DNA of 64,000 nucleotides from Flavobacteriales bacterium (GCA_041391785.1 JAWKNI010000011.1:1330-65329); one strand, 5' to 3'; counted from the stretch's first letter, positions 31,742-41,863 are shown. Notes: a model not told the origin generated them from the letters alone. Numbers and translations are program-made.

Positions 31742-33094
31742 ATGGTGTTCCGTACTGTTTCTTCAGTCAGCTTACTGGCTATGGCGGTGATGGCCAAAGG
31801 TCAGTTCGGGATGGGGCTTGCCGGGGGATCATGGGAAGGGATCTGGGGGCTGCATCACCAACCAGCGAGCATCCTGTTGAACCAGGACAGGATGGAGGTG
31901 AATGTGTTCCGTGCGGGTATCGACGCATACGCGAATTTCCTTGAGATCGACCCCAACCGCTTCGGGATCTTGAATTTCAATGATGGGTTGGTCCTGGACA
32001 AGGAAGGACCGCAGGTGCACGGTACCGACCGCCTGGGTGAGAATAGCTTGTTCGATTTGCGCACATTGGGTCCGTCTCTGGCCAGGCGTGTGGGCAAGCA
32101 TGGGGCATGGGCGTTCACCACCGCTGGCCGGGTGATTTATACTGGGCTCGACCCGCGTGCCACCACTGGACGATTCGGCTTGGATACTCTGCTTCTTCGA
32201 GCGGGAGAAGAGCGGTTGATGGAAGCGGTGGACATGCGAGCAAACACGGCTACCTGGGCTGAAGCGGGTCTCACGTATGGCAGGACCTTCAATGATGCAG
32301 GTAAGGTGCGCATCCATGCAGCAGCTACGGGGAAGTTCATCGTGGGTGGGAGAGCCGGGTACCTTGTGGTATCCCCTCCTGTGGTCGAGGGTATGACCGA
32401 TTCCACCACGGCCATTGCGCAAGTGGACATTGACCATGCGTTGGCGTTACCCCACGACTGGAACACAGCGGGTCGCGGTTGGAACGCGGACCTGGGTGCG
32501 ATCATCGAAGTCATGAGGCGGGACTGGGCGCCGGATATGCGGCCATACCGGTTGCGTTTCGGTGTGGCATTCACCGACCTTGGATCGGTCAACTATAAGG
32601 AAGGGGCCGGCGTGTATCGGATCAGGAACGGCACCACCACCTCAGATCAACTGGCCGCATTGCAGGTGGATAATGTCGCTGGGTTGGATACTGCACTGAG
32701 CAGCTTGCTCCTCGGTGATCCGGTCCGGTCGCGCGTCGGAACCGCCTTCAAGTTGGGGTTGCCGGCCGCCTTGCACCTCAGCTTGGAGTTCTGCCCTGCT
32801 CAGCACTGGGCCGTTCGGGCCGAAGGCGTGTTGAATATGCGGCATCCGCCTGAGGCTCTGTCCACACGCGAACAGATCGCCATCACCCCGCGATTCGAGA
32901 CCCGTATGCTCATGGTCGCTGTTCCGTTCACCATGGACCGGTACGGTACGCGCGGGCTGGGGCTATGCCTTCGGTTGGGTGGCGCAATGCTCGGTAGCGA
33001 TCGCCTTGGTGGGCTCATCGGCATGGAGAACGGCGTAGGGGCCGACTTCTACTGCGGCATCAAGCTCCGGTTCAAAGAAAAGGAGCCCGAATAA
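31742..33094 (+). CDS. Secreted or outer-membrane-like protein of 450 aa with a signal peptide ('MVFRTVSSVSLLAMAVMAKGQ'). Its C-terminus ('YCGIKLRF') resembles that of the 37921-39318 protein.
   Basis: The ORF has non-spurious composition. The shared 'GIKL' C-terminal motif links it to the 37921 gene. Confidence 0.45.
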   Translation: MVFRTVSSVSLLAMAVMAKGQFGMGLAGGSWEGIWGLHHQPASILLNQDRMEVNVFRAGIDAYANFLEIDPNRFGILNFNDGLVLDKEGPQVHGTDRLGENSLFDLRTLGPSLARRVGKHGAWAFTTAGRVIYTGLDPRATTGRFGLDTLLLRAGEERLMEAVDMRANTATWAEAGLTYGRTFNDAGKVRIHAAATGKFIVGGRAGYLVVSPPVVEGMTDSTTAIAQVDIDHALALPHDWNTAGRGWNADLGAIIEVMRRDWAPDMRPYRLRFGVAFTDLGSVNYKEGAGVYRIRNGTTTSDQLAALQVDNVAGLDTALSSLLLGDPVRSRVGTAFKLGLPAALHLSLEFCPAQHWAVRAEGVLNMRHPPEALSTREQIAITPRFETRMLMVAVPFTMDRYGTRGLGLCLRLGGAMLGSDRLGGLIGMENGVGADFYCGIKLRFKEKEPE

Positions 33095-33103
33095 AGCAGC
33101 GCC

Positions 33104-33730
33104 TCAGTAGCCGAAATCCCAGCCCTTGGAGGGTGGCCGTTGCTCCCGTATGGGCTCCGGTTCCTGCACGATCGCGGTTTGGGTGGCCTCCTCTGGGATT
33201 TGTTCAGCGCGCAGCTTGGGCACACCGGTGGTGCCGGTAGCGAGTCCTTCGAGGCTGCCCTCCAGTTCGGCATACAGCAACTCGTTGTCCGATAGGGCGT
33301 ACTCCACCAACAGCCCATTCTCGTCCTCGGCCACGAATGCCGTGATCGGGCCGAAGAACTCCCGGAGCTGGTCCTTGTCGCAGGTGGGCAGGAACACGCG
33401 CAGGACACGGGGATCATAGTAGCGGAAGTAAAGCTCCTTGCCCTCCTCGGTCTGGATGATAAGGAAACGCCGCAGGTGTTTATACAGTCGCACGGGTTCC
33501 ACTTCGCTCCTGAACAGGATACCCCAACTGTTCCCTTTGCCCTGCCGCACGGCCCACCGGGCGAAATCGCTCCCGGGCTCGAAGGCGAACAACCAGGGTG
33601 CCACAGCGGCCAGGAATTTCTCACTGTCGCCCTCGTACAAGCACGTGTGGTCCGGGTTCAGGTCGCGGGCCTCCTGGATGGCGCCGTTCATGCGCGCCGC
33701 ATCGAGCAGGATGTAGTTGGCCTTCTTCAT
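33104..33730 (-). CDS. Second DUF4123-family T6SS adaptor paralog.
   Basis: 'ILLDAARMNGAIQEARDLNPDHTCLYEGDSEKFLAAVAPWLF'. Confidence 0.7.
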   Translation of the reverse strand: MKKANYILLDAARMNGAIQEARDLNPDHTCLYEGDSEKFLAAVAPWLFAFEPGSDFARWAVRQGKGNSWGILFRSEVEPVRLYKHLRRFLIIQTEEGKELYFRYYDPRVLRVFLPTCDKDQLREFFGPITAFVAEDENGLLVEYALSDNELLYAELEGSLEGLATGTTGVPKLRAEQIPEEATQTAIVQEPEPIREQRPPSKGWDFGY

Positions 33731-34143
33731 TTGCTTGCATCCGATATGTCCCTGGGCGCAGCAACGCCCATGCCACCCAACACCCTTGCCCGGTTCGAGG
33801 AAAGATCATGGATCGCGATCGGGGCGGTGCTTCCCCGAAGTGCCAGAAGGTGGGCCGGCCAGTGTGGCAATTCGGCCTTGTTGATGGTCGTGAGCGGCGG
33901 TAGCCCTGTCGTAGGTTCAATGGCCTCCGCGCCGTCGCTTGCTGCCGTCCGGAGTTGTGAGATAAAGGTGTGGTGCGGGCCCTCAGACATCACATGCGCA
34001 TTCGTTGAACGAAAGAACAGGCATTTTCACAAAGGTGTCGCGCAAGGCCCAGAGGTGAACTCTCGGCTTGGGGTTTTATCCTCACATATGGATGTTAGTT
34101 CGTCCGAATCGCTATTTTCGACCACACCTACACGACCGCATGC

Positions 34144-34701
34144 ATGAAGCCGATCAATGCTGCCCAGCGCCGGGGCCAGTTCCTTCGTTTTGTCCTACTC
34201 TTTCTGCTGGCGATGACACCGGTGGTGGTGTTCATGTACCTCCTTGGACGGAACGACAGCAAGGCATATGAAGCGCTCAAGAACGAGCGGAACGAACTTC
34301 ATCAAAAGGCCAAAGTACATATGGGCCATGCTGAATTGGTCGGGAAGGTTGCTCGAGCGAGCCGCTTGTTCCAACAGAGCGTGTTTGAGAAGGAGCCGGA
34401 CTTTCTGGGGTTCACTACAAAAGTAGACGGCGTGTTTCTCAATGCGATCAGGGACTTGGAAGAGGCATCAGATTCTCTTAAGGAGAAGGGAGGAGGGGCG
34501 AGCAGTGATAAAGAGCTTGTTGCGATCGCACAGGATTATGCTGCGACATCCAAGAAACTTCTGGAAGTGTACGTGGGCGGATTCGCTGAGATCGGTAGAC
34601 TTCGAAAAGATTATGCACAATGTGATAAAAGCCTTACCGAAAAAACGGTCGAGGTGACAGCGCTTACCACTAGTTTAGAGAATTGTAAGCGTTCCAGGTA
34701 A
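34144..34701 (+). CDS. Single-pass membrane protein with an N-terminal TM and a coiled coil. Candidate Bacteroidota-specific T6SS membrane-complex subunit (TssO/TssP-like?).
   Basis: TM 'FLRFVLLFLLAMTPVVVFMYLL'. It is the first gene of a plus-strand cluster inside the T6SS locus. The assignment is inference only. Confidence 0.4.
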   Translation: MKPINAAQRRGQFLRFVLLFLLAMTPVVVFMYLLGRNDSKAYEALKNERNELHQKAKVHMGHAELVGKVARASRLFQQSVFEKEPDFLGFTTKVDGVFLNAIRDLEEASDSLKEKGGGASSDKELVAIAQDYAATSKKLLEVYVGGFAEIGRLRKDYAQCDKSLTEKTVEVTALTTSLENCKRSR

Positions 34702-34731
34702 GGGCACATACCATACAATCCAGCTGATCAC

Positions 34732-35949
34732 ATGAAGGGACCTATCATTGCCTTTTTCGTGGTATTGGTCGTGCTTCTCACCGGTCTGCTCCTTTGGATG
34801 GACGACTCGATCATTGGAGCAATCCATGTGAAGGCTGGTAGTGATTCTGTTCCGAACAGTTCCTTGGTGATTGGGCAAGAGTATTATTTGCAGCCGGGGG
34901 ATGAGGTGGACGTGAGTGACTCCGAAGGTTTGCTTTGGCTTGTTCGGTCGGGCAACAATGATGAATTGGGCGATGTATTTGGACAAGAAATGTCCGTCCC
35001 GGTCTACAACTTTGGGGATACCGGCCGGTACTACATTGAATGCTCCCGCAACGCAAAGGTCATAGCGGTGGATTCCGTCTACGTGCGGCAGGGTGATCGG
35101 TTCGCGAGCCTGGGAGCCTGGTCTTCCTCGCCGGCCGATACGGCGGGTGCGTCCATTTATTTGACGAACAATTCGCAGAACGTCGCGGAGTGGAGATGGC
35201 GTGTGCATCGCCAAGGGACCCTTGTTGCCGAAGAAGGCGGTCAGAGCTGGAACTGGACCCCGATCGACACGGGGAGCCACATGGTGCGTTTGGACGTGCA
35301 GATGCGGTCGGGTGCCACCCATGCCGACTCCATGCTCGTGGCCATTGCGCCACCACCGCCCAAGTCGGCGGTGGCACCGAAGCCCAAGCCAACGCCAACA
35401 CCACCTGCACCCAGGCCCAAACCTGCACCCAAGCCCAAACCCACACCCAAGCCGAAGGTAGATCTCGCACCGCCACCCCCACTTGCTGGTGCATGCTTTG
35501 GAGCGAACCGGGCCCTATCCAGCACGAGCAAGGCCGATATGCCCGACCCGAAACGCGCCGATGTGCGCTGGGAGAAGGGAACAACGGAGTTCATCCTGGA
35601 TGTACATACCGATTGCAAGCTGAAGGACTTTCCACACTTCGCCAATTCCGAAGTTGCGGGCAACAAGGTGGCTGTCACCGTTGAGTGCATCAGCGAGGGC
35701 TGTACCGGAGAGAGCAGGTACACACGTTATTTCACCCCGGCGTTCGACAGCCAGAAGTGGGCCTCAAGGAGTGTGAACCTGCCCCTGCTCCTGGCAGGCA
35801 AGCGCTACCGTGTACGTGTGCAGCCCCAGGGGGACACCGACTATCTCGGCTACTTCGGCATCACATCGCAAGTGGTGAACACACCCTGCGCCACCATCAC
35901 CTTCCAACAGAACACCAGTTGCGTGTTCGATCTGGGTTTCCAGCACTAA
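34732..35949 (+). CDS. Single-pass membrane protein with a periplasmic domain and a Pro/Lys-rich linker ('PKPKPTPTPPAPRPKPAPKPKPTPKPK'). Candidate TssO/TssP-like subunit.
   Basis: TM 'IIAFFVVLVVLLTGLLLWM'; the linker is visible in the DNA as a 'cccaagcc' periodicity. Confidence 0.4.
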   Translation: MKGPIIAFFVVLVVLLTGLLLWMDDSIIGAIHVKAGSDSVPNSSLVIGQEYYLQPGDEVDVSDSEGLLWLVRSGNNDELGDVFGQEMSVPVYNFGDTGRYYIECSRNAKVIAVDSVYVRQGDRFASLGAWSSSPADTAGASIYLTNNSQNVAEWRWRVHRQGTLVAEEGGQSWNWTPIDTGSHMVRLDVQMRSGATHADSMLVAIAPPPPKSAVAPKPKPTPTPPAPRPKPAPKPKPTPKPKVDLAPPPPLAGACFGANRALSSTSKADMPDPKRADVRWEKGTTEFILDVHTDCKLKDFPHFANSEVAGNKVAVTVECISEGCTGESRYTRYFTPAFDSQKWASRSVNLPLLLAGKRYRVRVQPQGDTDYLGYFGITSQVVNTPCATITFQQNTSCVFDLGFQH

Positions 35950-35960
35950 CACCGTTGGCC

Positions 35961-37916
35961 ATGAACCGTCCATTGATCCTTTCCGCACTCGCGCCGACCG
36001 TTCAGTGTTACTCCGGCCTGCCCCGCATGGTGATGGGGTTGGTGCTGTGCATAACTGCGGCGGGTATACGGGGGCAGGAAATCACGATCACCGGCGTGGA
36101 GCCAGACCCGGTTTGCGCAGGGGGGGGCTTGGCGGTGGCGTTCGAGTTGAATGATCCGTTCAATGGGGGCAACGAGTTCACCGTTTGGCTCAGCGATGCA
36201 AGCGGTGACTTTGGCAGTGAACAGCAGATCGGGTCGCTTGCAGGTAATGTGTCCGAGACGATCGATGCGGTTGTTCCTCTCGGTGTAATGGCCGGATCAG
36301 GATTCCGGGTCAGGGTGAAAAGCACGGATCCGGAGGTCATCTCGGATGGGTCGGGTCCCTTTGAGGTCATTGCCTTATTAGTTTTCCCCGGTAGCTATGG
36401 TCCGTTCTGCAGCAATGGACCTGCGATCACCCTGGGTGGCACACCGTCGGGTGGTGTGTGGACGGGTATAGGTGTGAGCGGAAATGGTCCGTACACCTTC
36501 AACCCTTCGGTGGGCACCCAGACGCTCACCTATACCGCGACCAGCGGTAGCTGCAGCGACAGTGCGCAGACAACCATAACAGTCAACACCGCCCCTGCGC
36601 AACCGGATCCGGGGACATACGGCCCGCTTTGCAGCAATGATGACCCCATCGATCTTGCAGGTGATCCAGAAGGCGGAACCTGGACCGGTATAGGAGTCAC
36701 CGGCAACCAGTTCAACCCGAGTGTGGGGACACAAGCGCTCACCTATTCGATCACGAACGCGAGCAACTGTACCAGTAGCGCATCAACCACGGTGACGGTG
36801 ACCAATGCATCAGATGCGTCCATCACCTACAACGGATCTCCTTTCTGTGCATCGATCGGTTCAGCCGCGGTCACACAAAGTGGTTCGGATGGAGGGTCGT
36901 ATACCGCTTCGCCGTTTGGTCTTATTATTAATGTCAACACCGGTGAATTGGACCCCGAAGCCAGTACTCCAGGTACATACACGGTCACGTATGAGGTGCC
37001 TGCGAACGGAGTGTGTCCGATTTTCACTACCTCCACTACCGTCACCATCGTGTCCGTTCCGGAGCTTCCAATAGTTGCCGATCTGGGTGCCGATACGTTG
37101 TGCCACGGCCAGGTCACCTCTCTTTTTCTGGGGAACGACTATCCAGCGGGAACATCCTATTCCTGGTCCACCAGTGGTCCTGCCGAAATACTCAGCGGTG
37201 CCGACGAACCTATTTGTACGCTGGAATGGACGCATGCACCACCGTCCACCGGTCCAACTGGAAGTGGGGTTGCAGGGAGCTATACGGTCGCGGTGAATGT
37301 CGGTGGGTGTGCGAATCAGGTGTCAGGAACGATCACTGTGCTGGATTACTATGCCTCCTGTCCCAAAGGCATCGTTTTCTTCGAGCCGTACGGACTGGCC
37401 GTGATCGATCCGGTGGCGAACCATTTTCAGTGGGGCGCCATGGATGCCACAGGCGCGACTTTCACACCGATCGTGGGCGAGGTGGACCAAATCATGTTCC
37501 GGCCCGCGCTCGCATCCTTGGCAGGCGGTCTCCCGGTGGCTCCTCCTTATGTGGTCCGCAGTTCCATCTACGCCGATAAGTGTTTCTCGTACACGGCCCG
37601 GTGGGTGGATCAACCGGGGCTTGATCGGGAATGTTTGGTACCCACCTCAGGCATGACCACGGAGCCGGGCCATACGATCTACCCCAACCCGGGGGACGGC
37701 AAGTCGCTCACGGTGGAGGCTACGGGACCTCCGCTGGAGGAACCCATATGGTTCGAATTGTACGATATGCAAGGCCAGCAGGTGCATGCCGAACAAGTGT
37801 TGGTGCGGCCCGTCGCCCGGCTCGCTGCGGATCTTTCCGGTCTTGGACGGGGCATGTACGTGGTGCGCCTGCATAGCAGTGGCATGGAAGAGAACTTGAA
37901 ACTGATACTCGACTGA
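35961..37916 (+). CDS. T9SS-sorted surface protein with a signal peptide, at least 5 Ig-like repeats ('GP(L/F)CSN..PI.L.G.P.GG.WTG.GV.GN.FNPSVGTQ.LTY') and a type-A C-terminal domain ('TIYPNPGDGKSLTVEA...GMYVVRLHSSGMEENLKLILD').
   Basis: Repeats and C-terminal domain read directly. The start at ATG 35961 ('MNRPLILSALAP') was chosen over the upstream ORF extension. Confidence 0.7.
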   Translation: MNRPLILSALAPTVQCYSGLPRMVMGLVLCITAAGIRGQEITITGVEPDPVCAGGGLAVAFELNDPFNGGNEFTVWLSDASGDFGSEQQIGSLAGNVSETIDAVVPLGVMAGSGFRVRVKSTDPEVISDGSGPFEVIALLVFPGSYGPFCSNGPAITLGGTPSGGVWTGIGVSGNGPYTFNPSVGTQTLTYTATSGSCSDSAQTTITVNTAPAQPDPGTYGPLCSNDDPIDLAGDPEGGTWTGIGVTGNQFNPSVGTQALTYSITNASNCTSSASTTVTVTNASDASITYNGSPFCASIGSAAVTQSGSDGGSYTASPFGLIINVNTGELDPEASTPGTYTVTYEVPANGVCPIFTTSTTVTIVSVPELPIVADLGADTLCHGQVTSLFLGNDYPAGTSYSWSTSGPAEILSGADEPICTLEWTHAPPSTGPTGSGVAGSYTVAVNVGGCANQVSGTITVLDYYASCPKGIVFFEPYGLAVIDPVANHFQWGAMDATGATFTPIVGEVDQIMFRPALASLAGGLPVAPPYVVRSSIYADKCFSYTARWVDQPGLDRECLVPTSGMTTEPGHTIYPNPGDGKSLTVEATGPPLEEPIWFELYDMQGQQVHAEQVLVRPVARLAADLSGLGRGMYVVRLHSSGMEENLKLILD

Positions 37917-37920
37917 AGCC

Positions 37921-39318
37921 ATGCGCAACCATAGCCTACTCCATACGCTCGCGGCCGTGTTCGTACTGGGCATTACCCAGGCAGTGATGGCCAGCACGCC
38001 GTCGGCCACCCCGCTGGGAGCCGATTCGGTAAAGGACAAGGCCGTTGCCCTATTGGAACGTAACCTGGCATCGCTACGTGAGCATCGCACCAGTGGGGGG
38101 CAATACGCCGCCACCTTCGCTGAAGGCGCCCGGGTCTATTGCGATGTATGTGTACCACCGGCCCCCATGCCCTTTGAGCAGTATTATTTCCAAGTGACGG
38201 GCACCTTCCCGAACGGACTGGACCTCATGTATACGATCCATCATGGGCGGATCGAAATGGAACGGGTGGATGTGGAATACCATGTTACTATCCCATTCAC
38301 AAAGGATGTCCCCGCAATGGGTGCAGGAGGTCCTATTCCGGGCAAGCGCCAGCGATCCCATTTGAAAGCCCTCGTGGTCTATAATTTCACGAACGGCTAC
38401 CTCAGGATCAAGCAAATAGAACTGGACCAGGCACCGGGTTCCAACCTTTGGATGTTGGATGTTTCGCCCATGTTGGCGGTCGGCAAACCGGAGTTGGGTG
38501 CGCTGGCCGATCTGGCACCGAGTTGGAACGGGAACATGTTCCAAGTGGGGCTGATGCGCTACATGTACCCGGGCAAGGGCACCAACCGGGGCAACATGTG
38601 GCTCAAGGCCGGCTTGCGTGCCGGGCTGCGACAAGTACGGTTGCAGGCCGATGGTGTGGCGTACGAGACCACCGGCATCGCTCTACGGCCCACGAGCTCG
38701 GGCTTGCCAGCCGGTTCGGCGGTGCAGCATCACCTGGACCTTTCACAGCGCGTGTCCGACATCAACGAAAAGGTGACCAGTATGACCTTGGAAGTCCCTG
38801 TTGGATTGAGCAAGCGTTGGGCCATGTCGCGCAAGGCCGACCTGAGCCTTGAACTGGAACTCGGGATCGGCATGGAGCTCACCCGTAGCGTCAATGGCGA
38901 TTACACCATGGACCAGCTTGGAATGCATACGTTCACCTGGGCTGATGGGGTGGATCCGGTGACCAGCTCCGGAGCTGACCTGACCTATGACCAACGCCAT
39001 CAAGCCGTGACCGCTGCATCGGGTACGGAGTACAGCTTCTTTCAGGACGACCGCATGGTGCTGGACGATCTGGAGAGCAAAGCCAGACCCTACTTTTTCT
39101 GGGGCATCAACCCATCCGTATTCGTCCGGGGACTGAATGACCAGGTCAAGTACCAGTTCGGTCTGCGCGTGGCCATGGTGGGGACCAACCGCAATAGCGC
39201 CGTGGTGGACGGAACATACTTCGCCGACCAGGATGATCATGCGCGTCCGGCCCTGACCACCTTGGTGGATGGGCGCTTTCAGCCCTTTGTCGGTGTCTTG
39301 TTCGGGATCAAACTTTGA
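37921..39318 (+). CDS. Outer-membrane-like protein with a signal peptide; paralog of the 31742-33094 product.
   Basis: 'MRNHSLLHTLAAVFVLGITQAVMAS' and the C-terminus 'GVLFGIKL'. Confidence 0.5.
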   Translation: MRNHSLLHTLAAVFVLGITQAVMASTPSATPLGADSVKDKAVALLERNLASLREHRTSGGQYAATFAEGARVYCDVCVPPAPMPFEQYYFQVTGTFPNGLDLMYTIHHGRIEMERVDVEYHVTIPFTKDVPAMGAGGPIPGKRQRSHLKALVVYNFTNGYLRIKQIELDQAPGSNLWMLDVSPMLAVGKPELGALADLAPSWNGNMFQVGLMRYMYPGKGTNRGNMWLKAGLRAGLRQVRLQADGVAYETTGIALRPTSSGLPAGSAVQHHLDLSQRVSDINEKVTSMTLEVPVGLSKRWAMSRKADLSLELELGIGMELTRSVNGDYTMDQLGMHTFTWADGVDPVTSSGADLTYDQRHQAVTAASGTEYSFFQDDRMVLDDLESKARPYFFWGINPSVFVRGLNDQVKYQFGLRVAMVGTNRNSAVVDGTYFADQDDHARPALTTLVDGRFQPFVGVLFGIKL

Positions 39319-39323
39319 ACCTC

Positions 39324-41852
39324 ATGCGCATCCGTTTGCTTGTCGCGATCCCCGCGCTGCTGTGGCTGGTCGGCACGACCATGGCACAAAAGCCTGAAAA
39401 TGTGCTCTTCAAGCCGGTCAACTGGTTCCAGGTCAGGTATGATCATGAGAACGACCGGTTCTATAACGACCAGGGAGAACAGCTCAATGAGGAGTATTGG
39501 ACCTTCGCGTCGGGCAAGGGCGACAAGAGCCAGCGGTGGACCGTTTTCACCGATCGTGCGGGCGTGCTTCTGCGCAGTGAGCCACAAGCCGAAGCCGCAC
39601 CCACCTCATCCGCCGCGTTGCCTTTCGCGCAGGTGTTGTACGTGTTCAAGGAGGAGAAGGGATGGCTGTTGGTCGGGCGTGAATCGAACAGATCTGAGGG
39701 CTGGTGCGACAAGCGGCACCTCGTATTGTGGGACAAGCCGCTCGCCGAACATCGCACACGTATCGAGTTGAAGGCCTTTCTCGTCAACACGCTGACGGGC
39801 ATTGGAACAGAGCGCGGATCCGTACAGGGAGATCTCAAGCAGAAGTACGAGGTGTTCGATGGCCCCGGGTCGCGGGCCGAACGAAGGGAAACGAACTACC
39901 TCTACGATGTCTTCTACATCTACAAATACGATAAGGAGGGTGAGCGATGGCTTATTGGGCCGAATGAGATCTATAGCCAAAGTCCCTTGCTTGGCTGGGT
40001 GAATGCGCGCAAAGTGAAAGTGTGGGCGACCCGTCTGTGCCTGGAACCCAACTGGGAGGAGGCAGCGAAGGCCGAGCGCCGGGAAAAGAACGTCCGGGCG
40101 AGGCTGCTTCCATGGAACTCCACCCAGGTACAACAGCGCGCGTATCTACAGTCCGGTAATGGTGAGGGGCTGGTGGATGGGGATGAGAGCGAGCCGGCGT
40201 TCGATCGCTCGGGTCTGACCGGTGATCGGATGGACGCACGGCTGTTCCGTTATCCTGTGCTCGGCGCGCAAATGGAGGGCGATGCGAATTGCAGGTTCTT
40301 CACCGGGGTATCGGGTGTGATGAACGTCGGTGGCAGCGGAACGCTTGAGGGCTTCCGGAATGGGGACTATCTGAGAGTGCGCCGGTATTACGAGGCGTTG
40401 CGGGAGCAGAAGGATGTGCTCTGTGTCGTGTTCGTGCTTGAAGGAAGTGCTGATATGCGCACGCACATCGGCACCGTGAAGGAGACCATTGCCGCGCTGC
40501 AGCAGGAGTGCAAGAAGACAGGCATGACCGCCCGGTATGGGGTGGTCCAGTATTTCAATGAGTACGCTTCCGACAAAAAGGAGCCCGAATCGGCCTACAT
40601 GGAACAGCTCCCATTGACCAACGATGCCATGCAGGTGTTGGAATGGCTGGACAAGCGCATTTGCGAGGATAGGGGGGACAAAAGCGAAGCGCGCGCGGCC
40701 TACCTGGCATTGGCCCGTGGCATGGCCATGATGGAGAAGGGGCGGACCAATGTGCTCGTCCACCTCTGCAGCAGGCCCGACAATGGACGTGATGACCCAA
40801 CCTTCGGAGGTAAGTCCCAAACGGATCCCACGGACCTGGTGGCCGGCTTGGAAATGGGCAGGGCAACGCACTACCTGGGCTATGTCCTCAGCGGTGGTAC
40901 CACCGGGCCAACGGAACGGAAAGAAGCGTTCAACGGCATGGCCGAGGATGTGATGCCGGAATTGTCGACCGCGATCAGCAATCAGCTCAAGGGTATCGTC
41001 GAATTGGCCCGTGATGCGAAAGGGCGGGCATTGGCGCCCACGGTCGCCAGGACCAAAAAAGATGGTTCGGAAACGGCACGCATGGACCAATTCCATTTCA
41101 TGATGAAAGCCACCATGCTGGCCGATGGTACGAGCGATCTGCCACGTATGATCGTCGCGGATGTGGCCAATTCCGTGGAGAGCAGCAGGCAGGCCCTTGC
41201 AGCACTGGAAGGGATCGTGGACGATCGTTCGATGATCAAGGACCATGCACCCAGTTTCAGCTACTTCTATGGGCAGTTGACCGCGCAGGATGGGGTCGAT
41301 CGGGAAACACTGGACTTCCTTGCTCGGGAGAAGGTGCACGTGTTCACCAATGCGGCCACCTGGCATCGGGTCACGGGCATGCAACACCCGCTCTTCCGGT
41401 ATGTCCTGTTCTACGATGACCGCAGTTTGAACGCTGAGATCATTGCGCTCGATGAGTTGATCCGGGCCATGGAAACGATCAACATCGACGAATCCCGTGA
41501 ACAGTTGAGGACCCTTTGGCGGAAACGTGCGCAGGATGTCATCGGGTCCAAATACAGTGATAAGGTTCCTTTGGATGAGGTAAGGGCCAAGATGATGGGT
41601 GTTCATGACCTGAACATGGTCAAGCCCTTTGAAGATGCTTCCTTGCTCAAGGGGCTCACGTTGAACGATCTGGATAACAAGACCAAGTTCAACCAGACCG
41701 TGTTGGATGGTTACAAGAAGGCCGCGATCGCGAACAAAGAGGCCTTGAACGCGATAAAGACCCAGGGCCAGTACTACCAGGCTCCGGGCCATGAAGAACG
41801 GAAGGATGAGCGCCGTTACTACTGGATTCCCATTGAGTATTTGTTCAATTGA
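39324..41852 (+). CDS. Large secreted protein (~842 aa) with a vWA-like domain carrying a degenerate MIDAS ('VLCVVFVLEGSADM', 'NVLVHLCSRPDNG'). It is the first member of a tandem paralog pair.
   Basis: Signal peptide 'MRIRLLVAIPALLWLVGTTMAQ'. It aligns by eye along its whole length with the next gene (shared 'IELKAFL', 'LLGWVN.(R/T)KVKVWATRLCLEPN', 'LFRYPVLGA', C-terminal 'YWIPIEYLFN'). Confidence 0.6.
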   Translation: MRIRLLVAIPALLWLVGTTMAQKPENVLFKPVNWFQVRYDHENDRFYNDQGEQLNEEYWTFASGKGDKSQRWTVFTDRAGVLLRSEPQAEAAPTSSAALPFAQVLYVFKEEKGWLLVGRESNRSEGWCDKRHLVLWDKPLAEHRTRIELKAFLVNTLTGIGTERGSVQGDLKQKYEVFDGPGSRAERRETNYLYDVFYIYKYDKEGERWLIGPNEIYSQSPLLGWVNARKVKVWATRLCLEPNWEEAAKAERREKNVRARLLPWNSTQVQQRAYLQSGNGEGLVDGDESEPAFDRSGLTGDRMDARLFRYPVLGAQMEGDANCRFFTGVSGVMNVGGSGTLEGFRNGDYLRVRRYYEALREQKDVLCVVFVLEGSADMRTHIGTVKETIAALQQECKKTGMTARYGVVQYFNEYASDKKEPESAYMEQLPLTNDAMQVLEWLDKRICEDRGDKSEARAAYLALARGMAMMEKGRTNVLVHLCSRPDNGRDDPTFGGKSQTDPTDLVAGLEMGRATHYLGYVLSGGTTGPTERKEAFNGMAEDVMPELSTAISNQLKGIVELARDAKGRALAPTVARTKKDGSETARMDQFHFMMKATMLADGTSDLPRMIVADVANSVESSRQALAALEGIVDDRSMIKDHAPSFSYFYGQLTAQDGVDRETLDFLAREKVHVFTNAATWHRVTGMQHPLFRYVLFYDDRSLNAEIIALDELIRAMETINIDESREQLRTLWRKRAQDVIGSKYSDKVPLDEVRAKMMGVHDLNMVKPFEDASLLKGLTLNDLDNKTKFNQTVLDGYKKAAIANKEALNAIKTQGQYYQAPGHEERKDERRYYWIPIEYLFN

Positions 41853-41863
41853 CCATCGTGTTC

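Noticed and set aside
35685-35960. Upstream extension of the T9SS cargo ORF ('MHQRGLYRRE...')
   Set aside because: It has no signal peptide and an Arg/His-rich composition. The ATG at 35961 gives a proper signal peptide.
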